A DNA stretch of 43,874 nucleotides from positions 1-43,874 of the IMG/VR virus record IMGVR_UViG_3300022177_000048. The stretch is one strand, 5' to 3'. The notes beneath the pieces are model-generated. The model was given only the letters and a program-made list of their open reading frames with translations, made no database searches and was not told the origin of the DNA. The first letter of the stretch is position 1; the number at the start of each line of letters is the position of its first letter. A program made the translations under genes and the position numbers. The stretch comes from a virus (lineage: Duplodnaviria; Caudoviricetes). This document shows, piece by piece, positions 8,055 through 18,039 of the stretch.

Positions 8055-9187
8055 ACGGGGACAAACAACACGCTCGGCTGTCAGCTTCTGGAGCCCATCG
8101 TTGGATGAACTGCACCCCGTCGGCCCGGCTGGAGCGGGAGTTCGAGGACAACGGCGGGGAATCCGCCGCCGAGGGGATTGCTGCCCACGCCCTGGCGGAA
8201 CACAAGCTGCGCCGGGCGTTGAAGATGCGCTCCAAGAAGCCCGTCTCCAAGTACGACTCCGACGAAATGGACAGCTACACGGACGGCTATGTGGAGTTCA
8301 TACAGGAACTCGTCGCCCAGGCAAAGCAGGAATGCAATGACCCAGTTGTGCTGATCGAGCAGCGCCTGGACTTCTCAAAATTCGTGCCGGGCGGCTTCGG
8401 AACTGGGGACTGCATGATTATTGCGGATGGGACGCTCCACATAATTGACCTCAAGTATGGACAGGGCGTTCTGGTGGAAGCGGAGGACAATCCGCAGATG
8501 AAACTGTACGCCCTCGGTGCGCTGGAACTCTTCGATGGCATCTACGACATCCTTACGGTGTCCATGACCATTTATCAGCCCCGCCGTGAAAATGTCAGCA
8601 CCCACACGGTATTCAAGGAAACGCTGTACCAGTGGGCGGAGGAAGTGCTCAAACCAACGGCAGAGTTGGCTTTCAAAGGTGAAGGCGAGTACGCTCCCGG
8701 TGAACATTGCCAGTTTTGCCGGGCGGCAGTGAAGTGCCGGGCACGGGCTGAAGAGAAATTGAATCTGGCCCGATTCGAATTTGCCTTGCCCCCACTGCTT
8801 ACGGACGAGGACATCGAGGAAATACTCGCCCTACTAGATGATCTCACTTCATGGGCGAACGACGTCAAGGCTTATGCGCTAGAAGCAGCGGTTAGCCATG
8901 GCAAGGAGTGGCGCGGCTATAAGCTGGTAGAGGGTCGCTCTAACCGGAGGTACGCCAATGAAGATGCCGTCGCTAAAGCCGCAAAAGATGCAGGCTACCG
9001 CGACATCTACCGTCAGAGCCTTATTACCCTCACTGAGATGGAGAAGCTGATGAGCAAAGTAAAATTCCAGGAAATCCTTGGTGGTCTCATCGAAAAGCCG
9101 CCAGGAAAACCGACTTTGGTCCCGCTTTCGGACAAGCGCCAGGCAATGAACGCCTTTAGCGCAAAAAATGAATTTACGGAGGTTTAA
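8051..9187 (+). CDS. DUF2800 family PD-(D/E)xK (Cas4-like) exonuclease
   Basis: HARLSASGAHRWMNC, EQRLD, GTGD, IIDLKYG, NPQMKLYALG and CQFC..C motifs. Confidence 0.85.
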   Translation: MNGDKQHARLSASGAHRWMNCTPSARLEREFEDNGGESAAEGIAAHALAEHKLRRALKMRSKKPVSKYDSDEMDSYTDGYVEFIQELVAQAKQECNDPVVLIEQRLDFSKFVPGGFGTGDCMIIADGTLHIIDLKYGQGVLVEAEDNPQMKLYALGALELFDGIYDILTVSMTIYQPRRENVSTHTVFKETLYQWAEEVLKPTAELAFKGEGEYAPGEHCQFCRAAVKCRARAEEKLNLARFEFALPPLLTDEDIEEILALLDDLTSWANDVKAYALEAAVSHGKEWRGYKLVEGRSNRRYANEDAVAKAAKDAGYRDIYRQSLITLTEMEKLMSKVKFQEILGGLIEKPPGKPTLVPLSDKRQAMNAFSAKNEFTEV

Positions 9188-9191
9188 TACT

Positions 9192-9770
9192 ATGTCGAAT
9201 ACAGCAAACAGAGTAAATCCTAACCCTGGGAAAAATCCTACCAAGGTAATCACCGGCATTGTACGTCTATCATATGCAAACGTATGGGAACCGAAGTCCA
9301 TCAACGGCGGCGCGGAGAAGTACAGCGTTAGCCTGATCATCCCCAAAAGCGATACCAAGACAATCGCGGCTATCAATGCCGCCGTGGATGCGGCTATCGA
9401 GGAAGGTAAGGGTAAGTTCGGCGGCAAGATTCCCAATAAAGCGCAGCTAAAACTCCCGCTCCGTGACGGTGACATCGACCGCCCGGATGATGAATCCTAT
9501 GCGGACAGCTTCTTCGTGAACGCCAATAGCAACACCGCCCCGCAGATAGTGGATAGACAGGTCAACCCTATCTTTGAACGCTCTGAAATCTATTCTGGCG
9601 TTTACGCAAGAGTCAGCATCAACTTCTATGCCTTCAATTCCAATGGAAATCGCGGAATAGCATGCGGCTTGGGAAACATTCAAAAAATTAGCGATGGTGA
9701 ACCGCTGGGTGGCAAATCAAATGCCGCAGATGATTTTGCCACCGACGTGGACGATGATTTCCTGTCATGA
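9192..9770 (+). CDS. DUF2815 single-stranded DNA-binding protein
   Basis: RLSYANVWEP, LPLRDGD, YSGVYAR, GLGNIQK; acidic C-terminus DDDFLS; GGAGG RBS. Confidence 0.9.
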   Translation: MSNTANRVNPNPGKNPTKVITGIVRLSYANVWEPKSINGGAEKYSVSLIIPKSDTKTIAAINAAVDAAIEEGKGKFGGKIPNKAQLKLPLRDGDIDRPDDESYADSFFVNANSNTAPQIVDRQVNPIFERSEIYSGVYARVSINFYAFNSNGNRGIACGLGNIQKISDGEPLGGKSNAADDFATDVDDDFLS

Positions 9771-11701
9771 GAACAGTCAGTATCGATCTAGAAACCTTTA
9801 GCACGATAGACCTCGCCAAAAGCGGGGTCTATCGTTATGCTGAATCACCGGATTTTGAAATTCTGTTGTTCGGATACAGTGTTGACGGTGGAGAGGTTCA
9901 GGTTATTGATCTTGCCAGCGGCGAACGACTGCCGAATGAAATCGGTAACGCCCTATTAGATGAAAGCATTATTAAATGGGCGCACAACGCGCAGTTTGAA
10001 CGCGTATGCCTGTCTAGATATCTTGGCCAGTGGCTTAAACCGGATTCCTGGCGCTGCACCATGATTTGGGCCGCTACCCTGGGACTGCCACTGTCGCTGG
10101 AAGGAGTGTCATTGGTTACCGGGGCGGAAAAGCAAAAACTAACTGAGGGCAAGGATCTGATCCGCTACTTCTCCATGCCCGCCAAGACATCAAAAGCCAA
10201 CGGCCAGCGTATACGCAATCTCCCCGAACACGACCCTGAAAAATGGGAACGCTTCAAAGCCTATAATGCTCGCGATGTTGAAACAGAAATGGCAATACAG
10301 ACAAAGCTGACAAATTTTCCGGTACCAGAGGATGAGTGGAAAAACTATATCCTCGACCAGGAAATCAATGATCGGGGTATTAGGCTGGATATGACATTGG
10401 TCAGGCAGGCGATCAGCTGTGATGAGCAGTCCCGGGCGGAACTAATGCGGGTGATGCAAGAGTTGACCGCACTGGAAAATCCCAACTCAGTCGCGCAGAT
10501 GAAGTCCTGGCTCGCTGATCATGGTCTTGAAACCGACACGTTGGACAAAGCAGCGGTCAAGGAACTGCTCAAGACCGCACCTGGAAATCTGGGACGTGTT
10601 TTAGAATTACGGCAGAAGCTAGCCAAGTCCAGCATAAAGAAATACACAGCGATGGCAAACGCAGTCTGCTCCGACGGGAGGGCGCGCGGATTGCTGCAGT
10701 TCTATGGCGCTAATCGTACCGGCCGTTTCGCTGGACGGCTGATCCAAGTACAGAACCTTCCGCAAAACCATCTGCCGGATTTGGAGGAAGCGCGCAGTCT
10801 TATAAGCTCAGGGCAGTTTGATGCCGTAGAGATGCTCTACGATTCTGTACCCTCCGTTTTATCGGAACTTATCCGGACCGCATTCATCCCGCAGGCCGAA
10901 CGCAAGTTTATCGTTGCAGATTTCAGTGCCATTGAAGCCAGAGTAATAGCCTGGCTGGCGAGGGAAACTTGGCGGAATGAGGTATTTGCTACCCACGGCA
11001 AAATCTATGAAGCTTCAGCTGCGCAGATGTTCCATGTTCCCATCGAAGAGGTTACCAAAGGCAGCCCCCTGCGCCAGAAAGGCAAAATTGCCGAACTGGC
11101 ACTTGGCTACGGCGGATCAGTCGGCGCTTTAACCGCTATGGGCGCGTTGGAAATGGGGCTTCCCGAAGAGGAACTGCAGCCGTTGGTGACCGCCTGGCGG
11201 AAGGCCAATCCCAACATCGTGCGATTCTGGTGGGATGTTGACCGGGCTGCCAAAACAGCGGTCAAGGAACGTACTGCTGCAGAAACACACCGAATTCGTT
11301 TTGAGTACCGCAGCGGAATGCTTTTCATTACCCTGCCATCCGGCAGGAAGCTCTGCTACGTTAAGCCCCGGATTGAATTAAACCGCTTCGGCAGCGAAGC
11401 GGTGACGTATGAGGGTATCGGTGCCGCCAAGAAATGGGAGCGCATCGAAAGTTACGGCCCGAAGTTTGTTGAGAACATTGTACAGGCAGCGTCCAGGGAT
11501 ATTCTTTGTTATGCCATGCACCGTTTGGATGCCAGAGGCTACACCATCGTGATGCATGTCCATGACGAAGTTGTGATTGAAGCTCTGGACCAGGAATCGG
11601 TTGACGATATTTGCGCCGTCATGGGTGAGACACCGCCCTGGGCAAAAGGACTTCAGCTAAGGGCTGACGGCTTTGAGTGTCAGTTTTATAAAAAAGATTA
11701 A
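9767..11701 (+). CDS. Phage family A DNA polymerase (3'-5' exonuclease plus polymerase)
   Basis: DLET, HNAQFE and YNARD exonuclease motifs; DFSAIEAR, RQKGKIAELALGYG and HVHDE polymerase motifs A/B/C. Confidence 0.95.
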   Translation: MRTVSIDLETFSTIDLAKSGVYRYAESPDFEILLFGYSVDGGEVQVIDLASGERLPNEIGNALLDESIIKWAHNAQFERVCLSRYLGQWLKPDSWRCTMIWAATLGLPLSLEGVSLVTGAEKQKLTEGKDLIRYFSMPAKTSKANGQRIRNLPEHDPEKWERFKAYNARDVETEMAIQTKLTNFPVPEDEWKNYILDQEINDRGIRLDMTLVRQAISCDEQSRAELMRVMQELTALENPNSVAQMKSWLADHGLETDTLDKAAVKELLKTAPGNLGRVLELRQKLAKSSIKKYTAMANAVCSDGRARGLLQFYGANRTGRFAGRLIQVQNLPQNHLPDLEEARSLISSGQFDAVEMLYDSVPSVLSELIRTAFIPQAERKFIVADFSAIEARVIAWLARETWRNEVFATHGKIYEASAAQMFHVPIEEVTKGSPLRQKGKIAELALGYGGSVGALTAMGALEMGLPEEELQPLVTAWRKANPNIVRFWWDVDRAAKTAVKERTAAETHRIRFEYRSGMLFITLPSGRKLCYVKPRIELNRFGSEAVTYEGIGAAKKWERIESYGPKFVENIVQAASRDILCYAMHRLDARGYTIVMHVHDEVVIEALDQESVDDICAVMGETPPWAKGLQLRADGFECQFYKKD

Positions 11702-11716
11702 AAAATTATAACGGAA

Positions 11717-11780
11717 CCGTCCGATTCCTCTCCCTGCGGTGGCTTATTCCGAAGGCCATAAACAAATTGAGCCTTTGGAA
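11717..11780 (+). promoter_or_regulatory. Motif A copy 2
   Basis: CCGTCCGATT-cctctccctgc-GGTGGC, then TTCCGAAGGC...GCCTTTGGAA hairpin upstream of the antirepressor. Confidence 0.75.
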
Positions 11781-11793
11781 AGGACGGATCCGT

Positions 11794-12612
11794 ATGAACG
11801 AACTGCAGGTATTCTCCTATGAAGGGAAAGAGGTCAGGACTATCCAGAGGGGTGGCGAAACCTGGTGGGTCGCCAAAGACGTGTGCGATGTTTTTGGTGA
11901 GACCAACCGCAACCGCGCTATGCAAACCCTAGATGAGGATGAAAAGGGGTATACGCAAATGACTACCCCTGGCGGAATCCAGCGATTTGCCGTGGTAAAC
12001 GAAGCGGGTCTATATGCCCTGCTCTTTGCCATGCAGCCAACGAAGGCGCGCGGTGTAAGTGATGAGTACATCGCTGACAGGGAGCAAAAACTCAGGAGTT
12101 TCAAACGCTGGGTCACCCATGAGGTTTTACCGACCATCCGCAAACATGGAGCGTATATCACGTCCTCCAAACTGGAAGAAATCATGAATGACCCTGACTC
12201 TTGGATTAAGCTCTTGACTGCTCTCAAAGAGGAACGGCATGAAAAAGAACGGCTTCAGCTACAGGCCACCCAAGATAAGCCTAAGGTGGTTTTTGCCGAT
12301 GCGGTGTCGGTTTCGGAGGGAACCATTCTTATCGGGGAACTGGCCAAAATCCTCAAAGGTAACGGCATCGACATCGGCCAGAACCGCTTGTTTGAAAGGC
12401 TCCGCCAGGAAGGCTTCCTCATCAAACGCAACGGTACCGATTACAACGCGCCAACCCAGATGGCAATGGAACTTGGCCTGTTCAAAGTTAAGGAAACCGC
12501 CATTACCCATTCGGACGGGCATGTAACCATCAGTAAGACCACCAAGGTAACCGGCAAAGGCCAGCAGTATTTTATTAATCGTTTTCTTAGCGAAAAGGCG
12601 GTGATGCGATGA
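11794..12612 (+). CDS. BRO-N / KilAC (ANT) phage antirepressor
   Basis: MNELQVF..EVRT...WWVAKDVC, FKRWVTHEVLPTIRKHG, KPKVVFADAV, TKVTGKGQQYF; start set at ATG 11794 after AAAGGA. Confidence 0.92.
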   Translation: MNELQVFSYEGKEVRTIQRGGETWWVAKDVCDVFGETNRNRAMQTLDEDEKGYTQMTTPGGIQRFAVVNEAGLYALLFAMQPTKARGVSDEYIADREQKLRSFKRWVTHEVLPTIRKHGAYITSSKLEEIMNDPDSWIKLLTALKEERHEKERLQLQATQDKPKVVFADAVSVSEGTILIGELAKILKGNGIDIGQNRLFERLRQEGFLIKRNGTDYNAPTQMAMELGLFKVKETAITHSDGHVTISKTTKVTGKGQQYFINRFLSEKAVMR

Positions 12613-14969
12613 AAATAGCGGTTGGTAACAGCCGAATGGACCGGAAGTGGAAGAACAAGGACATTACCTGGGCGGACTTTGTCGCCCGGGTCAGGTCCAC
12701 TATCCGGACCACTGAAACAGTATCGGAATTTCGTAAAATGAGCCGCGCCCAGCAGGACTCTGTCAAAGATGTGGGCGGCTTCGTAGGTGGATCCTTGCGG
12801 GAAGGTAAACGAAGGAGTGGCCATGTTATTGGGCGTTCCCTGCTTACTCTGGACATGGATTATGCCACCCTGGGTATATGGGAGCTGATCGAAAGCCGGC
12901 ATGATTTCAAATGCTGCGTCTACTCCACCCACAAGCATATACCACAGTCGCCTCGCCTGCGCCTGGTAATCCAGCTGGCTCGGGAGGTCAGCGAAGATGA
13001 ATATCCCGCCCTGGGGCGGATGGTGGCCAAGGAAATCGGTATTGATCTCTTTGATGATACCACCTATGAACCGTCACGCTTGATGTACTGGCCATCTACA
13101 CCGGCAGATGGCGAGTTCCTATTTTATGAAAAGGACGGTCCCCTGCTGGATCCGGATACCTACCTTGCTAAGTACGCTGATTGGCGGGATACATCTATGT
13201 GGCCGGTTTCATCCCGCCAGTCTGAGGTGGTTCAGCGTCAGATAACCCAGCAAGCCGATCCCCTGGCCAAGGAAGGAGTGGTCGGCGCGTTTTGTCGGGC
13301 TTACCCCATTCAGGCCGCAATTGAAACTTTTCTATCCGATATATATGAGCCTAGTGTTATGGACGGCCGCTATGACTACATCCCAGCCGACTCATCGGCA
13401 GGAGTGGTACTTTATGGCGGCAAGTTTGCCTACAGTCACCATGCTACCGATCCGGCTTGCGGAAGGTTGCTTAATGCTTTTGACCTGGTGCGAATACATC
13501 GCTTCCGCGACCTTGACGACAAAGCTGCTGAGAACACACCGCCTGGCAGGCTGCCTTCCTTTAAGGCAATGACGGAACTGGCTGTTAAGGATGACCGGGT
13601 GAAAGCCCTTTTGTTTGAGGAACGGCGGCAACAGGCTGAATCTGACTTTGCCCAAAACGCAGACTGGACCAAACGACTGGAGCGTGACAGAAGTGGGCTT
13701 CTAATAAACAACCTGCGTAATATTTCCCTTATCATCGAGAACGACCTGGCTCTGAAGGCAATTGTCTTCAATCAGCTTGCAGATGGTATGGAAATAAAGG
13801 GTGAAGTGCCCTGGAAGCACCCTGCCCGCTTCTGGCGCGATGCTGACGATGCACAGCTTATCAGCTATATTGACTCCCATTATGGCACATTCTCGGCCAG
13901 GAACTACGAGATTGCGGTCACAAAAGTTGCTGATGACCGCTCTTATCACCCTATCCGGGAATATCTGAACGCACTGCCGCACTGGGACGGAATCCCGAGG
14001 GTGGAAACGCTCCTTATCGGATATCTGGGCGCAGATGACAACCGATATGTTCGTGCTGTAACCAGGAAAACGCTGTGTGCAGCTGTAGCCAGGGTGCTGA
14101 AACCCGGAATTAAATTTGACAACATCCTGGTTTTGAACGGTGCTCAGGGTGTTGGGAAATCCACATTGCTGGTTAAACTGGGCGGCGATTGGTATTCAGA
14201 CAGCCTGTCGCTCACGGATATGAATGACAAGACCGCTGCCGAAAAGCTGCAGGGCTACTGGCTACTAGAAATCGGCGAGTTAGCGGGAATGCGCAAAGCT
14301 GATATTGACAAGGTTAAGGCCTTCATCTCACGGCAGGACGATAAGTACCGCGCCAGTTTTGGGCGGCGAGTGACACCCCACCCCAGGCAGTGCATATTCA
14401 TTGGAACAACCAATTCCGAAAAAGGATACCTGCGCGATGTTACTGGAAACCGCCGTTTCTGGACTGTCAAAACCCCAGGCGGCCTGTCAAGGTTTACCTG
14501 GCAGCTGACCAATGAGGATATTCAGCAAATCTGGGCGGAGGCTCTGGTTTATATCAAAGCCGGGGAACGGCTTTACCTTGATGCTGATTTGGAAAAGCTG
14601 GCCAGGGCCGAACAGCGAGATGCCATGGAACAGGACGAGCGTGAAGGTTTGGTGCGCGAATACCTTGACAGGCTTCTGCCTGATAACTGGGAAGAGATGA
14701 GCTTTTATGAGAGACAGGACTACATCCGCTCGCCCGGCGGCCCCACCCAGCCGAACGGCCAAGTCCGCCGGGAAACCGTCAGCAATATGGAAATCTGGTG
14801 TGAGTGCTTCGGCAAACACAAAGAGGATCTCAAGCCTGCTGACAGTTACGCGATAGCAGCCATCATGGAGCGGATTGACAGCTGGGAGAAAACAGGAAAT
14901 CGGACGTTGCTGCCCATTTACGGGAGGCAGCGAATATACACCCGGGTGGGACAACTCAAAGAAGAATAA
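12609..14969 (+). CDS. Primase-helicase, virulence-associated E (VapE) family
   Basis: N-terminal primase-like DMD / STHKH..PRLR; Walker A GAQGVGKST; EIGEL and GTTN...GNRRFW. Confidence 0.9.
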   Translation: MKIAVGNSRMDRKWKNKDITWADFVARVRSTIRTTETVSEFRKMSRAQQDSVKDVGGFVGGSLREGKRRSGHVIGRSLLTLDMDYATLGIWELIESRHDFKCCVYSTHKHIPQSPRLRLVIQLAREVSEDEYPALGRMVAKEIGIDLFDDTTYEPSRLMYWPSTPADGEFLFYEKDGPLLDPDTYLAKYADWRDTSMWPVSSRQSEVVQRQITQQADPLAKEGVVGAFCRAYPIQAAIETFLSDIYEPSVMDGRYDYIPADSSAGVVLYGGKFAYSHHATDPACGRLLNAFDLVRIHRFRDLDDKAAENTPPGRLPSFKAMTELAVKDDRVKALLFEERRQQAESDFAQNADWTKRLERDRSGLLINNLRNISLIIENDLALKAIVFNQLADGMEIKGEVPWKHPARFWRDADDAQLISYIDSHYGTFSARNYEIAVTKVADDRSYHPIREYLNALPHWDGIPRVETLLIGYLGADDNRYVRAVTRKTLCAAVARVLKPGIKFDNILVLNGAQGVGKSTLLVKLGGDWYSDSLSLTDMNDKTAAEKLQGYWLLEIGELAGMRKADIDKVKAFISRQDDKYRASFGRRVTPHPRQCIFIGTTNSEKGYLRDVTGNRRFWTVKTPGGLSRFTWQLTNEDIQQIWAEALVYIKAGERLYLDADLEKLARAEQRDAMEQDEREGLVREYLDRLLPDNWEEMSFYERQDYIRSPGGPTQPNGQVRRETVSNMEIWCECFGKHKEDLKPADSYAIAAIMERIDSWEKTGNRTLLPIYGRQRIYTRVGQLKEE

Positions 14970-15234
14970 TAGTTGTCCGAAAGTTGTCCTTGAATTTGTC
15001 CCGAAATAAAAGCCAGATACCATGCGGCCTAGCAGGCTATCTAGGACATGAGGACAAGATTTCCTTACTAGATCAAATCTAAATATATATAGGTATATAT
15101 ATGTCCTATATATACTCTATAAGGAAATTTGTTGTCACTTGTGCCAGACACTGAAGCAAACACTGATTTCACCGAGGTTTTAGGCCGGGACAACCTGCGG
15201 GCCAACTGCCTTGTGGGACAAGTAGACCTTGTCC
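14949..15234. repeat. Putative replication origin: TTGTCC/GGACAA iterons flanking an AT-rich core
   Basis: TTGTCC at 14973, 14984, 14996, 15229; GGACAA at 14949, 15052, 15188, 15216; (TA)n core about 15080-15120 bracketed by ATTTCCTTA/TAAGGAAAT. Confidence 0.7.
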
Positions 15235-15254
15235 CGGAAATGGAGGGTTAAATA

Positions 15255-15869
15255 TTGGAAACCTGGATTACTCATATTTACTCTGAATCAACGATGAATT
15301 GTGACTTTTGCGGATTGCATACTGGCGGGTACTCCTTTGGAATTGACGGATATTGCAACTCGGAACAGCCCGATGTATTTGATTCCCTTTTCAAAAAACG
15401 CGGAATGGAATGTTGTGGACCCTGCGCTACTATTCTTCTTGGCAAAGACTCCAAACCATATGCCGAAAGATATGATGCCTACCAAAAGCGGTGGGATGAT
15501 TTCCGCGGCATACAGTGGCGAGCCACTTGTAATCCGCTCGTGCAAATAAAAGCCTATAAACGATGGCATGTTGGGATTATGAGGGACAAATATGGTCGAA
15601 ACCAGTATGGCGTTTTGCTTGGGTCTGCTGAACGTTGGCATTGGAGAGAAAAAATGTCTCCTTACGAAGATCAGCGCAACATTGCCATCCGTGATGAGGA
15701 GACCGCAGAGCGAGTCGCGTTCCGGTGGGTCGATTTCGTGGACTTCTTCAATGTCAGTCCGGAAGACCCATATTCAACATCAGATTTTAACTCTCTTGCA
15801 AAGGCGCTTTTGCGCGGGGATGCGCCTGAAAATTTGGGTGATATCGATATTTACAGGAGACGGCTATGA
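15255..15869 (+). CDS. Hypothetical protein with N-terminal Cys cluster
   Basis: TTG start with GGAGG RBS; CDFC...C...CCGPC; ATGA overlap with the next gene. Confidence 0.7.
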   Translation: METWITHIYSESTMNCDFCGLHTGGYSFGIDGYCNSEQPDVFDSLFKKRGMECCGPCATILLGKDSKPYAERYDAYQKRWDDFRGIQWRATCNPLVQIKAYKRWHVGIMRDKYGRNQYGVLLGSAERWHWREKMSPYEDQRNIAIRDEETAERVAFRWVDFVDFFNVSPEDPYSTSDFNSLAKALLRGDAPENLGDIDIYRRRL

Positions 15870-16156
15870 GTGAAAAGCAATTAGAGCAAAAACTTGTCCG
15901 GGCAGTACGAGACATGGAGGGCATAGCGCCCAAGTTTGTCAGCCCTGGATTCGACGGTATGCCTGACCGGCTGGTACTTCTCCCTAAAGGCAGGATCGCT
16001 TTTGTGGAAGTGAAAGCAATGGGATGCAAACCCAAGCCGCGCCAAATATTAAGGCATGGAATGCTTCGGAAGCTTGGCTTCAAGGTGTATGTCCTGGACG
16101 ATGAAATGCAGATACAGCCACTGGTGTCAGAGATAATGGGAGGAGGTGATGCCTGA
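15866..16156 (+). CDS. VRR-NUC domain nuclease
   Basis: MSEKQLEQKL...GMPDRLVL...FVEVKA...P.Q. Confidence 0.92.
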   Translation: MSEKQLEQKLVRAVRDMEGIAPKFVSPGFDGMPDRLVLLPKGRIAFVEVKAMGCKPKPRQILRHGMLRKLGFKVYVLDDEMQIQPLVSEIMGGGDA

Positions 16157-17521
16157 TGAAGTTCATACCTCATGAGTATCAGCAATACGCCATTGATTAT
16201 CTTCTAGAGAAGCCTGTAGCCGCCATACTTTTGGATATGGGCTTAGGTTGAGGGCAAGACCGTTATTACCCTGACCGCCATCTTTGAACTTACGCTGGAC
16301 AGTTTCGAGATCCGTAATGTTCTGGTCATTGCTCCGCTACGGGTGGGAATAGAGACTTGGCCGGCTGAAATGAAAAAGTGGGATCACCTAAACGGGCTTA
16401 CCTGCTCGGTGGCTATAGGCAGCGAAGTCCAGCGAAAAGTTGCGCTTTTGCAGCCAGCACAGGTCTATATTATTAACCGGGAAAACATTGACTGGCTAGT
16501 GAATAAGAGCGGACTTCCCTTCGACTATGACATGGTGGTTATTGATGAATTGAGTTCATTTAAGGCTAACAGTTCCAAACGTTTCAAGGCGCTACGCAAG
16601 GTTCGTCCCAGTGTCAAAAGAGTGGTCGGCCTTACTGGAACGCCCTCCTCCAATGGATTGATAGATTTATGGGCTGAAGTCGGCATCCTTGACATGGGGC
16701 AGCGTCTTGGCCGGTATATTACCCACTTCCGCAATAATTACTTTATGCCCGACAAACGCAGCCAGCAGATGGTATTTTCATATAAGCCCCGGCCCGGTGC
16801 GGAGGAAGCCATCTATCGATTGATCTCGGACATTACTATCAGCATGAAAAATACCGATTATCTTAAATTGCCGGAGCTGGTGATAAATGAAATCCCCGTC
16901 AGGCTATCTGAAAAAGAGACCGACTGCTACCAGACAATGAAGCGCGAAATGGTGCTTTCTATCAAAGACAAGGAAATTGATGCGGTTAACGCCGCTGCGC
17001 TTTCCGGCAAGCTTCTCCAGATGGCAAACGGTGCGGTCTATGACGAAAGCGGCGGCGTAGCACATATTCACGACCGCAAGCTGGATGCGCTGGAGGATCT
17101 AATCGAAGCAGCCAACGGCAAGCCGGTTTTAATTGCCTACTGGTTCAAGCACGACCTTAAGCGGATACTGGAGCGTTTTCCCGCCGAGCGGCTGGACAGT
17201 ACCGGTTCCATAAAGCGATGGAATGACGGCGATATCCCGGTGGCCGTTATCCACCCCGCATCGGCGGGTCATGGTTTAAATCTACAATCTGGAGGTTCCA
17301 CCCTTGTATGGTTCTCCCTGACTTGGAGCCTGGAACTTTACCAGCAGACCAATGCCAGGCTCTGGCGGCAAGGGCAAAAGGACACCGTTGTTATTCATCA
17401 CATTATCGCCAAGAGCACGATTGACGAACAGGTCATGAAGGCTCTCCGACTAAAGGATAAAACCCAGACCGCCCTCATTGAAGCGGTCAAGGCAAACCTA
17501 AACAAGGAGGCGGTCGCATGA
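16156..17521 (+). CDS. SNF2-family helicase interrupted at Walker A (TGA at 16249, remainder in +1 frame); recoded gene or pseudogene
   Basis: 16156-16248 encodes MKFIPHEYQ...LDMGLG then TGA; from 16253 GKTVITLTAI... continues in frame with ORF 16343-17521 (IDELS, LTGTP, HPASAGHGLNLQ, QTNARLWRQG). Confidence 0.9.
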
Positions 17522-17967
17522 TTGCACTGAAATACATCAACAAGAACGCCGCTACCGTAGCCGCCATCCGCGACTATACCAACATGCGGTTCATAATAAA
17601 TAACACTCCGGAGGAAATAAAGGAAGTGTACGAAAAGATGAGTGCACCTAGAACCCCCAAGTTATCCAGAATGCCGTCCGTAAGGAATCCACAGGCCGGA
17701 GCCGACAAACTGGCGGCGCAGATTGACAAGCTGGACATCCTGCGGGAACGCTACAGCCAGGCGATAGAGTACATGGCGTGGTTCGAGCCTGCCTGGTCAA
17801 GCCTGACCGATACTGAGCAGCACTTCCTTTCCGAGTTCTACATGGGCGATAACCAGAAGTCTGGTGCGACCTACCGCTTGATGACTGAACTTAGTTACAG
17901 CGAAAGCCACGTGGAAAGATTACGGAGCAATGCATTAAACCACCTGCGCAGTATGCTGTTCGGATAA
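17518..17967 (+). CDS. Late-gene transcriptional activator (ArpU/RinA-like, C-terminal HTH)
   Basis: LTDTEQ..L..FY...ELSYSESHVERLRSNAL; located directly before the HNH/terS genes. Confidence 0.65.
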   Translation: MIALKYINKNAATVAAIRDYTNMRFIINNTPEEIKEVYEKMSAPRTPKLSRMPSVRNPQAGADKLAAQIDKLDILRERYSQAIEYMAWFEPAWSSLTDTEQHFLSEFYMGDNQKSGATYRLMTELSYSESHVERLRSNALNHLRSMLFG

Positions 17968-17969
17968 AG

Positions 17970-18014
17970 ATGAGGGAATTATGAGGGGGTGTTTGTCTCA
18001 GGACCTAGTACAAT
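17970..18014 (+). promoter_or_regulatory. Putative activator-dependent late promoter
   Basis: Direct repeat ATGAGGG at 17970 and 17981 overlapping the -35 position of TACAAT (18009-18014). Confidence 0.5.
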
Positions 18015-18039
18015 AATAACATCGAAAGCTGTATCAAGA

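Noticed and set aside
8051-9187. Cas4-like nuclease suggesting a CRISPR system
   Set aside because: It is the usual DUF2800 gene of PolA-type phage replication modules; no repeat-spacer array or other cas genes were seen.
16343-17521. ORF-track start of the helicase at GTG 16343
   Set aside because: No RBS and the product would lack Walker A; the helicase reading clearly extends upstream to 16156.
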